Source of the DNA: Actinomycetota bacterium
Lineage (GTDB): Bacteria > Actinomycetota > Actinomycetes > JAKEEW01
Assembly: GCA_046725875.1 (NCBI GenBank)
Contig: JBKOZJ010000043.1
Location: 2,608 to 66,607, forward strand
DNA: 64,000 bases
Reading direction: 5' to 3'
The notes under the pieces are model-generated. The model was not told the DNA's origin. It searched no databases and saw only the letters and a list, made by a program, of their open reading frames with translations. Below are positions 63,423 through 64,000 of the stretch, piece by piece (position 1 is the stretch's first letter; each line of letters begins with the position of its first letter). The position numbers and the translations under genes are program-made.

Positions 63423-64000
63423 GCGACGAGGTGTGGAGAGAACCTCGTCGCCGCTCCAGCGGGATGTGACGGCCTCGGGGTTGCGACCCAGATGTACGTG
63501 GGGAGGAGCGGGAGCGCCAATCTAAGGACGCGTTGCGGAATCCTCGTAGCCAGTTCCGGTACGACGTCGCTCGCGGCGAACCGCGTCGGATCCCCCAGCA
63601 CGGCGTAGGTGTAATCCCAAACACAGAGTCCAGCACATAGCTTTTTGAGGCCGAGCCGGGTTTTGAACGCCTCGTGATAGTGGTCAGCCCGACCCGTTGC
63701 CCGCACATACCGGTGCGCCAGCGATCTCGGAAGCCACGACAGGAACGGCAGCCGATAGTGCGGCTCGATGACACCGAGCCTGTTCCCCAAGCCGAGATAG
63801 ATCACGCCGCTGGGCCTTACGACGCGTCGAAGCTCCGCGAACAGCCGCTCCGGATCCACCACATGCTCGTACACGTGATTGCACACCAGCACGTCCACCG
63901 AGCCGTCGGCAAACGGCATGCGCTCGGAGTCGCCGCAAAGGAAACCAACCTTCCCCCCGTACTCGGCTTGCGCCTTGGCCAGCCCGGGAACGTCGATGTC
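63380..64000 (-). CDS. Class I SAM-dependent methyltransferase (5' end outside window)
   Basis: DIDVPGL...GDSERMPFADGSVDV..NHVYEHV..LRRVVRPSG. Confidence 0.87.
   Translation of the reverse strand, partial: DIDVPGLAKAQAEYGGKVGFLCGDSERMPFADGSVDVLVCNHVYEHVVDPERLFAELRRVVRPSGVIYLGLGNRLGVIEPHYRLPFLSWLPRSLAHRYVRATGRADHYHEAFKTRLGLKKLCAGLCVWDYTYAVLGDPTRFAASDVVPELATRIPQRVLRLALPLLPTYIWVATPRPSHPAGAATRFSPHLVAQASSLAAENSAAT

Overview
High-GC actinobacterial chromosome segment in two halves. About 1-29 kb is mostly core genes: a HAIR-controlled dnaK-grpE-dnaJ-hspR operon running into clpB (cut by the window edge), a hutU/M20 hydrolase/hutF/hutI histidine-utilisation operon with no hutH, an osmoprotectant-type ABC importer, a membrane Fe-S oxidoreductase, dcd, tRNA-Gly(CCC), a short accessory stretch, a stand-alone adenylate kinase, an LLM oxidoreductase and a long acyl-CoA dehydrogenase. 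About 29.4-64 kb is a large mosaic surface-glycan locus that continues past the window end. It holds many glycosyltransferases, rmlABCD, gmd, a nucleotide-sugar dehydrogenase, two sulfotransferase-like genes, two pyruvyltransferases and four clear methyltransferases. Signals not explained by the ORF track: a ~120-nt self-folding element that sequesters a perfect Shine-Dalgarno site (22467-22588), a 14-codon AT-rich synonymous patch in dcd, a MITE-like element at the glycan-locus border, a sulfotransferase plus coiled-coil pair that could be a split chain terminator, and two decayed glycosyltransferase fragments, one fused to an IS1634-like transposase remnant. All family calls come from motif recognition by eye; no searches were run.
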